Assembly (NCBI GenBank): GCA_963719145.1
Contig: CAVRAX010000001.1
Coordinates: 1,017,729-1,081,728, forward strand
DNA length: 64,000 nt
Source of the DNA: an uncultured Chloroflexia bacterium
GTDB lineage: Bacteria; Chloroflexota; Limnocylindria; Limnocylindrales; CSP1-4
Reading direction: 5' to 3'
Shown here: positions 9,546 to 19,356 of the stretch, piece by piece
Position numbering within the stretch: the first letter of the stretch is position 1
How the letters are laid out: each line of letters begins with the position of its first letter
Translations under genes and position numbers: made by a program
The notes under the pieces: generated by a model
What the model saw: the letters and a program-made list of their open reading frames with translations, nothing else
Databases searched by the model: none
Told to the model about the DNA's origin: nothing

Positions 9546-10555
9546 CAACGACCACGAGCGGCGCGGCCCTCGAGCACGAGATCGGCGCCAGCGGCCGCTT
9601 CCACCTCCGCCAGGCGTCGGGCAGCGTGCGCATCCGCGGCGTCGACGGCGGAACGGCCCGAGCTCGCGAGCTGAACGGCCGAGCCCTCGCCGAGTGTTTC
9701 CAGATCGAGGCCGGCGAGGGCGAGCTGTCCCTGACCGCGCCGGATCGCTTCGGCCTGGACATCGTCTTCGGGATCGGCCGCCGAACGTCCGCCGACCTGG
9801 AGCTCGAGGTTCCCCGGGGCGCGACGGTCAACCTCGAGACGGCCAGCGCCGAGCTGCGCGGCCGGGAGCTGCTCGGCCGAACGAACATCCGCACGGCGTC
9901 GGGTGACGTGACGCTCGAGGCCCTGGCCGGGACGCTCGAGCTCGATTCCGTCTCGGGCGAGGTCAGGATCGTCGCCGACGCGGCCCTCGACCTGCGGGCC
10001 CGGACAATCTCCGGCGACCTGGCCGTTCGGGCGCCCCGCCTCGGCCGCGCCGAGATCGGCACGACATCCGGGGACGTCCGCCTCGATGCCGAGCTGGTGG
10101 GCGGCGGACCGTTCGGGATCGAGACGGTCAGCGGCGACGTCACGATCGTCGGACGGATGGGCATCCGCGTCGAAGCCAGGACCGTGACCGGCGACCTCCG
10201 CAGCGACCTGCCCCACCGCCGCGAGGCAGGGCGGGGCCGCAAGCTGCTCGTCGTTGGCGACGGCAGCGTGCCGCTCAGCTTTCGGTCGGTGTCGGGCGAC
10301 CTTCGCGTGACGGCGCCCCGAGACGTGCTCCCGGGGATGCCCGCGCCGGACCCCGCATCGAGCGGGAGCAGCCAGGCCGGCGAGGTCGCGCCGGCCACGC
10401 CGGACGCGCCGGCCTCACCGGACGCGCCGCTGCCGGCCGCGCCGGGGACGGGTGGTCGCGAGGTCGCCCGCCTGGACATCCTCCGCGCCGTCGAGCGCGG
10501 CGACCTGAGCGTCGAGGCGGCCATGCAGCGCATCGCCGAGATCGAGGAGGCCTGA
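9542..10555 (+). CDS. DUF4097 (Toastrack/adhesin-like beta-repeat) protein with SHOCT-like tail
   Basis: Repeated (T/S)xSGD(V/L) units; ILRAVERGDLSVEAA tail. Confidence 0.85.
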   Translation: MTTTTSGAALEHEIGASGRFHLRQASGSVRIRGVDGGTARARELNGRALAECFQIEAGEGELSLTAPDRFGLDIVFGIGRRTSADLELEVPRGATVNLETASAELRGRELLGRTNIRTASGDVTLEALAGTLELDSVSGEVRIVADAALDLRARTISGDLAVRAPRLGRAEIGTTSGDVRLDAELVGGGPFGIETVSGDVTIVGRMGIRVEARTVTGDLRSDLPHRREAGRGRKLLVVGDGSVPLSFRSVSGDLRVTAPRDVLPGMPAPDPASSGSSQAGEVAPATPDAPASPDAPLPAAPGTGGREVARLDILRAVERGDLSVEAAMQRIAEIEEA

Positions 10556-10556
10556 G

Positions 10557-10928
10557 ATGGAAGGCGCCCTGGAGCGGATCCTGCGCCTCGTCGCCGAGGG
10601 CCGGCTGACCGCCGCGGAGGCGGGGCCGATCCTCGACGCGCTCGGCGCTGCCGATCGTCTCGCCGGGTCGACGCCGACGATGGGCGACGGTGCGACCGGC
10701 GCCGACGGGAGCCCCCGGTTCGCCAGGATCGAGGTCCGCGACGCCGGCAAGCGCGTCGTCGACCTGCGGATCCCGATCTCCCTGGGGCGGTATGCCCTGG
10801 GTCGGGTTCCCGGACTCTCGTCCGCTCAGCTCACCGAGATCGAGGAGGCGGTGGCGAGCGGGACGCGCGGACCGATCCTCGACGTGGAGGACGCCGATGG
10901 CGACGGCGTTCGAATCGTCCTCGAATGA
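10557..10928 (+). CDS. SHOCT-like/YvlB-type protein of the DUF2089 operon
   Basis: ILRLVAEGRLTAAEA...VDLRIPISL...DGDGVRIVLE. Confidence 0.8.
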   Translation: MEGALERILRLVAEGRLTAAEAGPILDALGAADRLAGSTPTMGDGATGADGSPRFARIEVRDAGKRVVDLRIPISLGRYALGRVPGLSSAQLTEIEEAVASGTRGPILDVEDADGDGVRIVLE

Positions 10929-10969
10929 CCAGATGGAACGACCACCAGACCGACAGAAGGGACGGACTG

Positions 10970-11179
10970 ATGCTGCACTCGAGCTTCATGGTGAATGATC
11001 GGATCAGGGATCTCCAGGCGACTGCCGCCGAGATCCGCCACGAGCGGTCCATGGCAGTCGCTGGAAGGACCGGGGTCGTCCAGGGGCTGTGCCTGCGGCT
11101 CGGCACGACGCTGCTGGCGATGGGGTCCGCGCTGGTGAGCAGCGCGAACCCGGTGGTCCAGGGCCGGGCCGGCCGCTAG
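10970..11179 (+). CDS. Small hypothetical protein
   Basis: 69-aa ORF with a helical DRIRDLQATA start and amphipathic RLGTTLLAMGSAL; AAGGGA upstream. Confidence 0.5.
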   Translation: MLHSSFMVNDRIRDLQATAAEIRHERSMAVAGRTGVVQGLCLRLGTTLLAMGSALVSSANPVVQGRAGR

Positions 11180-11270
11180 GTCGGGAGCGGGGGCGCCCGA
11201 GGCCGTCCCGCCGGCCCGGTCGCAAACGCCAAGTCGCCGGCAGGCTCCTCCGCCGGCGACCACGAACGCC

Positions 11271-11302
11271 GAAGACCCGCGCTCTCAAGGGCGCGGGTCT
11301 TC
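11271..11302. terminator. Intrinsic terminator-like hairpin
   Basis: 12-bp perfect stem GAAGACCCGCGC/GCGCGGGTCTTC. Confidence 0.65.
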
Positions 11303-11312
11303 CCGTGTTGGA

Positions 11313-11545
11313 AGTGGTCGGTGAGCCGGGCGGGGCTTGCGCCCCCGGCTCACCCGGCCAGGCCCGCGCGCGTGTCTGTGCTGATGTTGCCCGCGCGGGG
11401 CACTGAGGCGAGGTTGCTGCGACCGCGACTGACATCCGCGGTGTTCGCCAGGTCCGGGACCCAGAGGTCCTCGGGCCTGCGACCGGACTCCGGAGCCGGG
11501 GAGCGGTGCTGTCCCGTCATCGGTTCAGGCAACCTCCTGTTGGGC
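11313..11545. ncRNA. Candidate structured non-coding RNA, family unassigned
   Basis: Dense nested stems in an intergenic region; minus-strand TAGGAT -10 near 11549-11554 and a terminator hairpin at 11271-11302. Confidence 0.45.
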
Positions 11546-11615
11546 TTCATCCTACGACCCGGACGCAATGGTGTCGCGGCGGCGAAGACCGCCCGTCGCG
11601 GGTACCATCGCGGCC

Positions 11616-12197
11616 ATGTCGAGCACCGCCGATCGGCTCCCGCTCACCGGAGATGACGCCGCCGACCGATATCTCGTGGAGGAGCCGCTGGCGCTCCTCA
11701 TCGGCTTCGCCCTCGACCAGCAAGTGACTGTCCAGAAGGCCTTCTCCGGGCCCTACGAGCTGCGCCGCCGCCTCGGCCACCTGGACGCGGCGAAGATCGC
11801 CGCGATGGATCCGGCCGAGCTCGACGGAGTCTTCCGCGACCGACCGGCCCTCCACCGGTTCCCGGGCGCCATGGCTGGGGTGGTCCAGGAGCTGTGCCGG
11901 GTGATCGCCGCTCGATACAACGACGACGCGGCGACGATCTGGCGCAACGCCGGCGACGGACGCGATCTCAAGGAGCGGCTGGCCGGACTGCCTGGCTTCG
12001 GGTCGATGAAGGTCGACGGCACGCTCGCCATCCTGGCCAGGCGGCTCGGCGTGGACGTGCCCGGTCTTGATGCCGTCCTGCCCGCGCATCCCACCCTCGG
12101 CGACGTCGATTCGCCTGAGGCGCTGGCCCGTTACCAGGCCGGCAAGCGGGCGGCCAAGGCCGCAGCCCGGGCGGCAAAGGCGAGCGGCGCCGGCTGA
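11616..12197 (+). CDS. HhH-GPD superfamily base-excision repair-type protein
   Basis: PLALLIGFALDQQV..KAFSGP...LHRFPGAMA...LPGFG..K. Confidence 0.85.
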   Translation: MSSTADRLPLTGDDAADRYLVEEPLALLIGFALDQQVTVQKAFSGPYELRRRLGHLDAAKIAAMDPAELDGVFRDRPALHRFPGAMAGVVQELCRVIAARYNDDAATIWRNAGDGRDLKERLAGLPGFGSMKVDGTLAILARRLGVDVPGLDAVLPAHPTLGDVDSPEALARYQAGKRAAKAAARAAKASGAG

Positions 12198-12303
12198 GCC
12201 CCGTTGACGTCATGTCGCCCGGGTGGCAAGATCGTTGCATCATCAACTAACGGCCCGGGCCCCACAGGGATGACCGGGCGCACGAGGCCTACACGAACCC
12301 GCA

Positions 12304-12690
12304 ATGGACGAATCCATCCGCCGCGCGCTGTCGCACGGCCACGTCATCGACATCACGACCACCGGACGGATCACCGGGCGACCACGCCGGATCGAGATCG
12401 TCTTCCACGTCTTCGACGGCCGGATCTACATCTCGGGCATGCCTCGGGCAGACAGCGTCCGGGCCTGGCTCCGGAACCTCGAGGCGGACCAGCACCTCAC
12501 GTTCCACCTCAAGGGCCCGGTCCTGGCGGACCTCCCGGCCACCGCCAGAGTCATCACCGACCCGGCCGAGCGCCGCGAGGTGCTCGAGAAGGTCGCCCGC
12601 GTCTGGCGGCGCGATGCCGACGAGATGGTCGCCCACAGCCCGCTGATCGAGGTCACGATCGAGGGCTACTCCGCGGATCGCGCTGCCTGA
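12304..12690 (+). CDS. Deazaflavin (F420)-dependent nitroreductase family (DUF385-like) protein
   Basis: ITTTGRITGRPRRIEI...WLRNLEA. Confidence 0.8.
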   Translation: MDESIRRALSHGHVIDITTTGRITGRPRRIEIVFHVFDGRIYISGMPRADSVRAWLRNLEADQHLTFHLKGPVLADLPATARVITDPAERREVLEKVARVWRRDADEMVAHSPLIEVTIEGYSADRAA

Positions 12691-12862
12691 CCGGCGCCCC
12701 ATGCCCGAGCCCCGGCATTGACGGGGTTGCGGCCGCCGGACATGCTCCGAGGCGAGCGGTCGTCGGCGTCGACGCGGCGCAAGCTCCGCTGGGGCGTACC
12801 GGCGGTTCTATGGTTCGGCCCGCTGGCAATCCCTTTCAACGAGTTCCCGCACCACGGGTGAC

Positions 12863-13162
12863 ATGAACGCAGCGATCGAGGTCGATGTCCGCAACCCGTC
12901 GGGTCTGCATGCACGGCCGGCGGCCGTGTTTGTCAGGGCCGCCGCCGCGATCCCGGGGAAGGTTCGGGTGGCGAACGTGACGACCGGTGGTCCGGAGGTC
13001 AGCGCGAAGAGCATCCTCGCGGTCCTCGGCCTGGGGGTCTCCTCCGGCCATCGGATCCGCCTTCGAGTCGACGGCGCCGATGCGGCCGACCACCTGCGGG
13101 CCCTGGTCGACATCGTGGGCGCCGGCCTCGGCGAGCCGTCGCCCGAGGCAGCGGACGGCTGA
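12863..13162 (+). CDS. ptsH: Phosphocarrier protein HPr
   Basis: GLHARPA (His15 equivalent) and SAKSILAV (Ser46 equivalent). Confidence 0.93.
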   Translation: MNAAIEVDVRNPSGLHARPAAVFVRAAAAIPGKVRVANVTTGGPEVSAKSILAVLGLGVSSGHRIRLRVDGADAADHLRALVDIVGAGLGEPSPEAADG

Positions 13163-13163
13163 G

Positions 13164-14936
13164 ATGCAGCTGCGCGGGCTGCCCGCGGCGCCGGGAGTGG
13201 CGATCGCGCCCGTGTGGCGATACCGGCGCGGGGCGGCGACGGCGACGCCGCTGCCCGACATCCGGGCCGCCGCCAAGCAGGCCGCGGCCGAGCTCGGCGA
13301 CCTGGCCCGGGTGGTGCGGGCGCAGGGCCGGACCGACGAGGCGGCGATCTTCGACGCCCAGGCGCTCATGGCGATCGACCCGACGCTCGTGGACGCGGCC
13401 GAGGCGCTGGCGCGATCCGCCGGGGCCCACGATCCGAACGCGATGGCCGTGGCCGTCGAGACGGCCGCCCGGAGCGTCGCCGAGCCGCTGGCCGCACTGG
13501 CCGATCCCGTGATCGCCGCCCGCGCGGCGGACGTCCGCGACGTCGGGTCCCGAATCGCCAGGATCATCGCCGGTCGCGTCGTCGCGATCCCGGAGCGGCC
13601 GTCGATCGCCATCGCCGATGACCTGCCGCCGTCGACGACGGTCGAGCTGCCGCCGGGCTCGCTGCTCGGGATCGCGCTGGAAGGCGGCTCGCCCCTGAGC
13701 CATACCGCGATCCTCGCCCGGGGCATGGGAATCCCGGCCGTCGTGGCTGTCCAGGGCCTCGTCGCAGCGGCCGACGCGGCGGAGGCCGGGGCTGGCGCCC
13801 GTCCCGCGTCGGCCGGCGGCCCGCGAACGCTCATGGCCGCCCTCGACGGCGAGGCCGGCCTGCTCCTCCTCGAACCGAGCGCCGACGAAGCCGCCGTGCT
13901 GGAGGCGCAGCGGGAGGCTCGACATCGCAGAACCGCGGCCGCCCGGGAGCTGCGTGGCCGGCCGGGCCGGACCGCGGACGGCGTGGCCGTCCCGCTCCTC
14001 GCCAACATCGGCCGGCCCGAGGACGCGGCCCGGGCCATCGAGGCCGGCGCCGAGGGCGTCGGGCTGTTCCGGACCGAGTTCCTGTTCCTGGGCCGCCCCG
14101 AGGCGCCGACCGAGGACGAACAGGTGCGGGCGTATTCGGCGGTCCTCGCGGCCTTCGGCCCTGACCGGCCGGTCATGATCCGGCTCGCCGACATCGGCGG
14201 CGACAAGGGGATCCCGTTCCTCCGGCTGGCGGCCGAGGACAATCCGTTCCTCGGCCTGCGCGGGTTCCGGACGTGCTACGACGATCCAGCCCTGGTCAGA
14301 ACTCAGATCCGGGCCATCGCCCGCGCCGGCGCGGCGTCCGGGACGCAGCCCCACCTGATGGCCCCGATGATCACCACCCAGGACGACGTGACCCTGCTGC
14401 GGGAGATCGTGGCCGACGCGCTCGCCGGCCTCGATGCCGAGGGCGTCGCCCGGGCGGCACGGCTCATGGTCGGGATCATGGTCGAGGTCCCGAGCGCCGC
14501 CCTCTGCGCGGCGGAGCTGGCGGCCGACGTCGACTTCTTCAGCATCGGCAGCAACGACCTGACCCAGTACATCCTGGCCATGGATCGGACCAATCCCCGG
14601 CTCGCCGCGGCCGTCGACGCGCTCCACCCCGCGGTCCTGCGAGCCATCAGGGCTACCGTCGACGGGGCGGACGGGCGCGGCGTTCCGGTCGCCCTCTGCG
14701 GCGAGCTCGCCGGGGACCCCCTCGGCGCCGCGGTCCTCGTGGGCCTCGGGGTGGACGAGCTGTCGATGGACCCGGGTTCGCTCGACGCGGTGCGGCTCAT
14801 GCTCAGCCAGGTGACCTCTGAGGCGCTCGCCGGACTCGCCCGCCGGGCGCTCGCGGCCCGCTCCGCCGCCGAGGTTCGTGCGGCCGCCGCGATCGTCGTC
14901 GGCGACGCGCCCGCCGCGGTTGCCGGCGGCGCCTGA
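13164..14936 (+). CDS. ptsI: PTS enzyme I (PEP-protein phosphotransferase)
   Basis: SHTAILAR, GLFRTEFLF, DIGGDK, NPFLGLRG, DFFSIGSNDLTQY, CGELAGD. Confidence 0.95.
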   Translation: MQLRGLPAAPGVAIAPVWRYRRGAATATPLPDIRAAAKQAAAELGDLARVVRAQGRTDEAAIFDAQALMAIDPTLVDAAEALARSAGAHDPNAMAVAVETAARSVAEPLAALADPVIAARAADVRDVGSRIARIIAGRVVAIPERPSIAIADDLPPSTTVELPPGSLLGIALEGGSPLSHTAILARGMGIPAVVAVQGLVAAADAAEAGAGARPASAGGPRTLMAALDGEAGLLLLEPSADEAAVLEAQREARHRRTAAARELRGRPGRTADGVAVPLLANIGRPEDAARAIEAGAEGVGLFRTEFLFLGRPEAPTEDEQVRAYSAVLAAFGPDRPVMIRLADIGGDKGIPFLRLAAEDNPFLGLRGFRTCYDDPALVRTQIRAIARAGAASGTQPHLMAPMITTQDDVTLLREIVADALAGLDAEGVARAARLMVGIMVEVPSAALCAAELAADVDFFSIGSNDLTQYILAMDRTNPRLAAAVDALHPAVLRAIRATVDGADGRGVPVALCGELAGDPLGAAVLVGLGVDELSMDPGSLDAVRLMLSQVTSEALAGLARRALAARSAAEVRAAAAIVVGDAPAAVAGGA

Positions 14937-14963
14937 GCGGGCCCCGCCGAGCCGGGCCGCCGG

Positions 14964-15980
14964 TCAGCCGGACCGACGAGGCAGGCCGGAGCCCGTCTCG
15001 CCTGCCAGCCGGAGGATGCCCTCAGCCGTCGGGCGGTCGGTGGCGATGTGACTGGCCAGCCCGGACCGCATCGCCCCGAGCAGCGAGCGCTGCTTGTTCG
15101 AGCCGGCCGCCACGAGCAGAACCTTCGGGACCCGGCGCAGCTCCTCGACCGAGATCGCGATCGTTCGCCGGCTCCACTCGTCCTCGACGATCGTCCCGTC
15201 GATCCGGATCAGGTGGCCGCTCACGTCGCCGACGACACCCAGCTCGAGCAACCGGCGTCGGCTCACCTCGTCGAGGCGGTCCATGACCGTGCCGTAGCCC
15301 GGGCGGATCGTGGGCCCGCCGCTGACGCCGAGGAGCACGGCATCGAGCGACGCCCAGTGGCGCGTCGTCGCAGCGACGCCGCTGTCGCGGAGCAGGGCGT
15401 CCTTCGTCTCCTCGTCGTCCAGCATCCCAGGGGCATGGAGGTAGTGGACCTGGGCGCCGAGCCGGTCGGCGATCCGCCGGGCCAGCTCGTTGACGTCGAG
15501 GAACCGGTTCCTGGAGTCCCAGCCGCCGACGACCGGGACGATCGTCAGGCCGGCCAGGTCGCGGCGGGCCAGGGCCGAGGCGAGCGCATCGACGGTGTAG
15601 CCGCCCGCGATCCCGAGAACGCCCGAGTCGGGCAGCCAGGCAGCGACCGGGTCGGCGGCCCCGACGCCGCAGAGCCGGGCCGCCGCCGCGGGATCGAGTT
15701 CCCGGCCCGGCGTCAACCAGACCTCCACGCCGAAGCGTTCGCCCAGCTCCCGTGCGAGGGCCGGCTGCTCATCGGTCGGCGGCTCGATCGAGATCCGGAC
15801 GACCCCCGCGTCGCGGGCCTGGGCGAGGATCCGGCTCACCTTGGAGACGGAGTAGCCCGTCATGTCGGCGATCTCCGGCTGTCGCAGCTCCCGCGAGTAG
15901 TAGAGCTCGGCCACGAGGCGCAGCACCGCGCGATCGGCGGACACCGACGTCCTCGTCGCCTGGCCGGCCGCTCGTGCCAT
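14964..15980 (-). CDS. SorC/DeoR family sugar-binding transcriptional regulator
   Basis: VAELYY...QPEIA...SKVSRILAQARDAGVVRI HTH, followed by a sugar-binding domain ending HIATD. Confidence 0.92.
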   Translation of the reverse strand: MARAAGQATRTSVSADRAVLRLVAELYYSRELRQPEIADMTGYSVSKVSRILAQARDAGVVRISIEPPTDEQPALARELGERFGVEVWLTPGRELDPAAAARLCGVGAADPVAAWLPDSGVLGIAGGYTVDALASALARRDLAGLTIVPVVGGWDSRNRFLDVNELARRIADRLGAQVHYLHAPGMLDDEETKDALLRDSGVAATTRHWASLDAVLLGVSGGPTIRPGYGTVMDRLDEVSRRRLLELGVVGDVSGHLIRIDGTIVEDEWSRRTIAISVEELRRVPKVLLVAAGSNKQRSLLGAMRSGLASHIATDRPTAEGILRLAGETGSGLPRRSG

Positions 15981-16079
15981 GCGCACCTCCGCGGATCGAT
16001 CCGGGGTCGCCGGACTGAATCCCACATGGATTACCCTGACATCGTCCCGACGCGGACGGTATACAGCGAGTGGGGGCTT

Positions 16080-16100
16080 TGCAAGAATGTGCCGCAAGGA
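16080..16100. promoter_or_regulatory. Putative SorC operator, copy 1
   Basis: TGCAAGAATGTGCCGCAAGGA, 18/21 identical to 21260-21280. Confidence 0.6.
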
Positions 16101-16146
16101 TTCTCTCGCGGCAGGCGAGGCCCTCGAGGCCCATCGAGGAGGCCCA

Positions 16147-16554
16147 GTGCGGGACTTCCGGATCGTGGTCGCGGCCCACGGCGACCTCGCCGGCGCGTTC
16201 ATCGCGACGGCAGAGCTGATCTGCGGCCGACTCGAGGACGTCCACGCGGTCAGGCTGCTCCCCACCGACTCGCCCGAGACGTTCGGCGAGCGTCTCCTCG
16301 CGGCCGCCGGCGACCCGGCCGGCAAGCTGCTGATCCTCACCGACCTCGTCGGCGGTACGCCCCAGAACGTCGCGCTCGTCGCGACGCGCCGCCTGCCGAG
16401 AGCCGTTCTCATCTCGGGCGTCAACCTGGCCGTCCTCATCGAGGCGGCCACGAGCATCGAGACGCTCGACGGCGAAACCGTGGAGCGTCTCGTCGTGAGC
16501 GGCCGCGAGGCCCTCGTCAATCCGAGCCAGCTTCTGGCGGCGAGACGACGCTGA
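16147..16554 (+). CDS. PTS mannose/fructose/sorbose family EIIA
   Basis: IVVAAHG, LTDLVGGTPQN, SGVNLAVLIE; GAGGAGG RBS. Confidence 0.92.
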   Translation: MRDFRIVVAAHGDLAGAFIATAELICGRLEDVHAVRLLPTDSPETFGERLLAAAGDPAGKLLILTDLVGGTPQNVALVATRRLPRAVLISGVNLAVLIEAATSIETLDGETVERLVVSGREALVNPSQLLAARRR

Positions 16555-16640
16555 GATAACGTCGGCCGAGCCTGGAGGACATCGGCCGATCGAGACTCGG
16601 ATCCGGCGGCCGATCATCCGGCACCGCAGCGGAGGATGCG

Positions 16641-17117
16641 ATGACCCTGACGCTCGTGCGAGTCGACGACCGGCTCGTCCACGGGCAGGTAGTGGCGATC
16701 TGGCTCAAGGCCCTCAACGCCCGCCGGATCGTGATCGTCGACGACCGCACGGCCCACGACGAGTTCGTGAGCGAGGTGATCACGCTGGCGGCGCCTCCGG
16801 GCGTGCCGGTCGAGATCCACGACCTCGCGACCGGAACCGAGCGGGTCCGCGAGCTCGTGACTGACCCGGAACCTGTCTTCGTGCTCATGCGCTCGCCGGT
16901 CACCGCGCTCCACCTGCGTGAGGCAGGCGTCGAGTTCTCGCTCCTCAACGTCGGCGGGATCGGGGCCGGCCCGACCCGCAAGCCGCTCTACCGGAACATC
17001 TCGGCCTCGGTCGAGGAGCTCGCCGCGATGCGGCAGCTCGAAGCCCTGGGGACAACGGTGGAGCTTCGGATCGTGAAGGACGACCGGCCCGTGGCCTTCA
17101 AGTCGGTCGACAAGTAG
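16641..17117 (+). CDS. PTS mannose family EIIB
   Basis: RVDDRLVHGQV, LNVGG. Confidence 0.93.
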   Translation: MTLTLVRVDDRLVHGQVVAIWLKALNARRIVIVDDRTAHDEFVSEVITLAAPPGVPVEIHDLATGTERVRELVTDPEPVFVLMRSPVTALHLREAGVEFSLLNVGGIGAGPTRKPLYRNISASVEELAAMRQLEALGTTVELRIVKDDRPVAFKSVDK

Positions 17118-17152
17118 GAGGGGATCAGAGAGGTGTGTGGGAGGTGCGCGAC

Positions 17153-18103
17153 ATGACGCGCGACATGGCCTCGCCGCGAGCCATCAGGCTCGCCGCGCTG
17201 GTGACGACCTTGCTGCTGGGGGCGGCACTGGTAGCTAGCCCGGTTCTCGCGGCGGAGGGGAGTGAGCCAACGGCAGGGTTGCTCCAGGCGGCGCTCGTCG
17301 GCGTCGGCTACTACCTGTCGAACAGCCCGTGGCTCTTCGGCAACGGCGGCTTCTTCGGACTCTACCGACCCCTGGTGGCGGGCTTCTTCGTCGGTCTGAT
17401 CTTCGGTGACCCGGTGAAGGGTGCCGAGATCGGTGCGTCGATCAACTTGCTGTACATCGGGTTCATCTCGGCCGGTGGCTCGATCCCAGCCGACCCGTCG
17501 GTCGCCGGATGGGTCGGCACCGCGCTGGCGATGGCCGGCGGGCTCGACGCCGCGACGGCGATCTCTCTCGGCTTCGCCGTCGGCCTGCTTGGCACGATCA
17601 TCTTCTTTACCCGGATGAGCGTCGATGCGGTGTTCGCCCACTGGGCCGATGCCCGAGCCGAAGAGGGGGACATCGCGGGCGTCTCTCGAGCGAACTGGCT
17701 GTGGCCGCAAATCTTCCTGTTCGTCATCAGCTTCGTCCCGGCGACCATCGCCGTCTACCTGGGCGCCAACGTCGTCCACGACGCGATCGTGTGGCTTAAC
17801 GGCGACACGGCGACGCGGGCTGTCGGCAACGCCCCGTGGGTTCTTCGCGGGTTCCAGATCGCCGGCGGCCTGCTGCCCGCGATCGGGATCGCGCTGAACA
17901 TGCGGTTCATCTTCCGGGGCAGCGCGATCCCGTTCTACTTCCTTGGCTACGTGTTCGCGATGCTCATCGGCGGCAAGTTCTTCCCCGGCGTCACCGCGCC
18001 GTCCATCGGCACGATCGTCGTCACGACGGCCATCGTCGGCGCTGCGGCGGCCTGGATCTTCGTGAGCCTCCAGGGGCGAGCGAGCGGATCGCGGGAGGCC
18101 TGA
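17153..18103 (+). CDS. PTS mannose family EIIC
   Basis: RPLVAGFFVGLIFGD...GGSIPAD...GLLPAIGIAL; multi-TM. Confidence 0.92.
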   Translation: MTRDMASPRAIRLAALVTTLLLGAALVASPVLAAEGSEPTAGLLQAALVGVGYYLSNSPWLFGNGGFFGLYRPLVAGFFVGLIFGDPVKGAEIGASINLLYIGFISAGGSIPADPSVAGWVGTALAMAGGLDAATAISLGFAVGLLGTIIFFTRMSVDAVFAHWADARAEEGDIAGVSRANWLWPQIFLFVISFVPATIAVYLGANVVHDAIVWLNGDTATRAVGNAPWVLRGFQIAGGLLPAIGIALNMRFIFRGSAIPFYFLGYVFAMLIGGKFFPGVTAPSIGTIVVTTAIVGAAAAWIFVSLQGRASGSREA

Positions 18104-18104
18104 G

Positions 18105-19040
18105 ATGACTGACATGGGCCCGCGACCGGAGAAGAAGCTCGAGCGCCGCGACGTCCAGCGAGCGTTCTGGCTGTGGACGTTCTTCAGCCACGCCAACTAC
18201 AACTACGAGCGGCTCCAGGGGACGGCCTTCGCCCAGGCGATGACGCCGATCATCCGGAAGCTCTACGACTCGCCCGACGAGATCAAGGCGGCCCTCAAGC
18301 GCCATCTCGTCTTCTTCAACACCGAGCCGAACGTCGGCGGCGTCATCCACGGCGCGGTCATCGCCATGGAGGAGCAGCGGGCGAACGGAGCCGACATCGA
18401 CGACGACGCGATCAACAGCGTCAAGGCGGGGCTCATGGGCCCGCTGGCCGGCGTCGGCGACTCGATCAGCCAGGGCACGATCACGCCGATCCTGCTCTCG
18501 ATCGGGATCGGGATCGCCGCCGCCGGGCAGCCCCTCGGGGCGATCCTGTATCTCGTCCTCGAGGTCGGGATCATGCTGGCCCTGGCCTACTTCTTCTGGA
18601 TGCAGGGCTACGACCGCGGGCGCGAGGGCGTGACCACGATGCTCCGGTCGGGGCTGCTGGACCGGGTCCTCACCGGCGCCGGCGTCCTCGGCAACATGGT
18701 CATGGGCGCCCTGACGTTCCAGTTCGTGACGATCTACCTGACCCTGAGCTGGAACATCGACGTCGGCGGCGGCCAGACGAAGCTCTTCGACGTCAACCAG
18801 GACCTGCTCGGCGCGATCATGCCCGGGCTCCTGCCACTGGGCTTCACCCTCTTCACCTGGTGGCTGCTGGCGCGGCGGCACGTGTCGCCGCTGTGGCTCC
18901 TCGTGGCCTACGTCATCTTCGCGATGATCGCGGCGTACCCGTTCTTCGGGCCGGCCGGCGAGTTCAACTACTGCCAGTCGCTCCTGAACCCGTTCTTCCA
19001 GCCGGGCGCCGGCTGCCCGCCGCCGCCGCCGGCCTCCTGA
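18105..19040 (+). CDS. PTS mannose family EIID
   Basis: NYERLQG, RHLVFFNTEP, KAGLMGPLAGVGDS. Confidence 0.93.
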   Translation: MTDMGPRPEKKLERRDVQRAFWLWTFFSHANYNYERLQGTAFAQAMTPIIRKLYDSPDEIKAALKRHLVFFNTEPNVGGVIHGAVIAMEEQRANGADIDDDAINSVKAGLMGPLAGVGDSISQGTITPILLSIGIGIAAAGQPLGAILYLVLEVGIMLALAYFFWMQGYDRGREGVTTMLRSGLLDRVLTGAGVLGNMVMGALTFQFVTIYLTLSWNIDVGGGQTKLFDVNQDLLGAIMPGLLPLGFTLFTWWLLARRHVSPLWLLVAYVIFAMIAAYPFFGPAGEFNYCQSLLNPFFQPGAGCPPPPPAS

Positions 19041-19060
19041 GCCGACCGACGGTCCGGTGA

Positions 19061-19342
19061 GATGAGGTCCGCGATCCGGAGGAGGGCGGCCGCGCGGTCC
19101 CGGGCCGGTGTCCGGCCCCAGGGGCCTTCGTCGAAGGCCGCCCGCGCGGCGGTGACCGCGTCGGCGACATCGGCCGACCCGGCCTGGGCGATCGAGGCGA
19201 TCGGGTTGTCCCGCGGGCTGATCGCAGGGAAGACGGCCCGGTCCCGGGCCAGCATGAACCGGCCGCCAATGAGAAGAGGGTACGGCTCGCGGCTGATGAG
19301 CGACCACCGCGGATCCGCGGGAGGCTGGACGTGAACCGCCAT
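19061..19342 (-). pseudogene. Truncated aldehyde dehydrogenase (N-terminal ~94 aa only)
   Basis: LLIGGRF...ADVADAVTAARAAFDEGPW...RAAALLRIADLI, then homology stops and the frame runs into the antisense of EIID. Confidence 0.85.
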
Positions 19343-19356
19343 CGGACGGGACCTCC

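Noticed and set aside
11313-11545. Possible tmRNA (ORF ending GNISTDTRAGLAG-stop, nearby ACCA) or SRP RNA (GCCAGGTCCGG)
   Set aside because: No tRNA-like 5' end or T-loop, and the SRP GGAAG..AGCAG motif is incomplete; kept only as an unassigned ncRNA.
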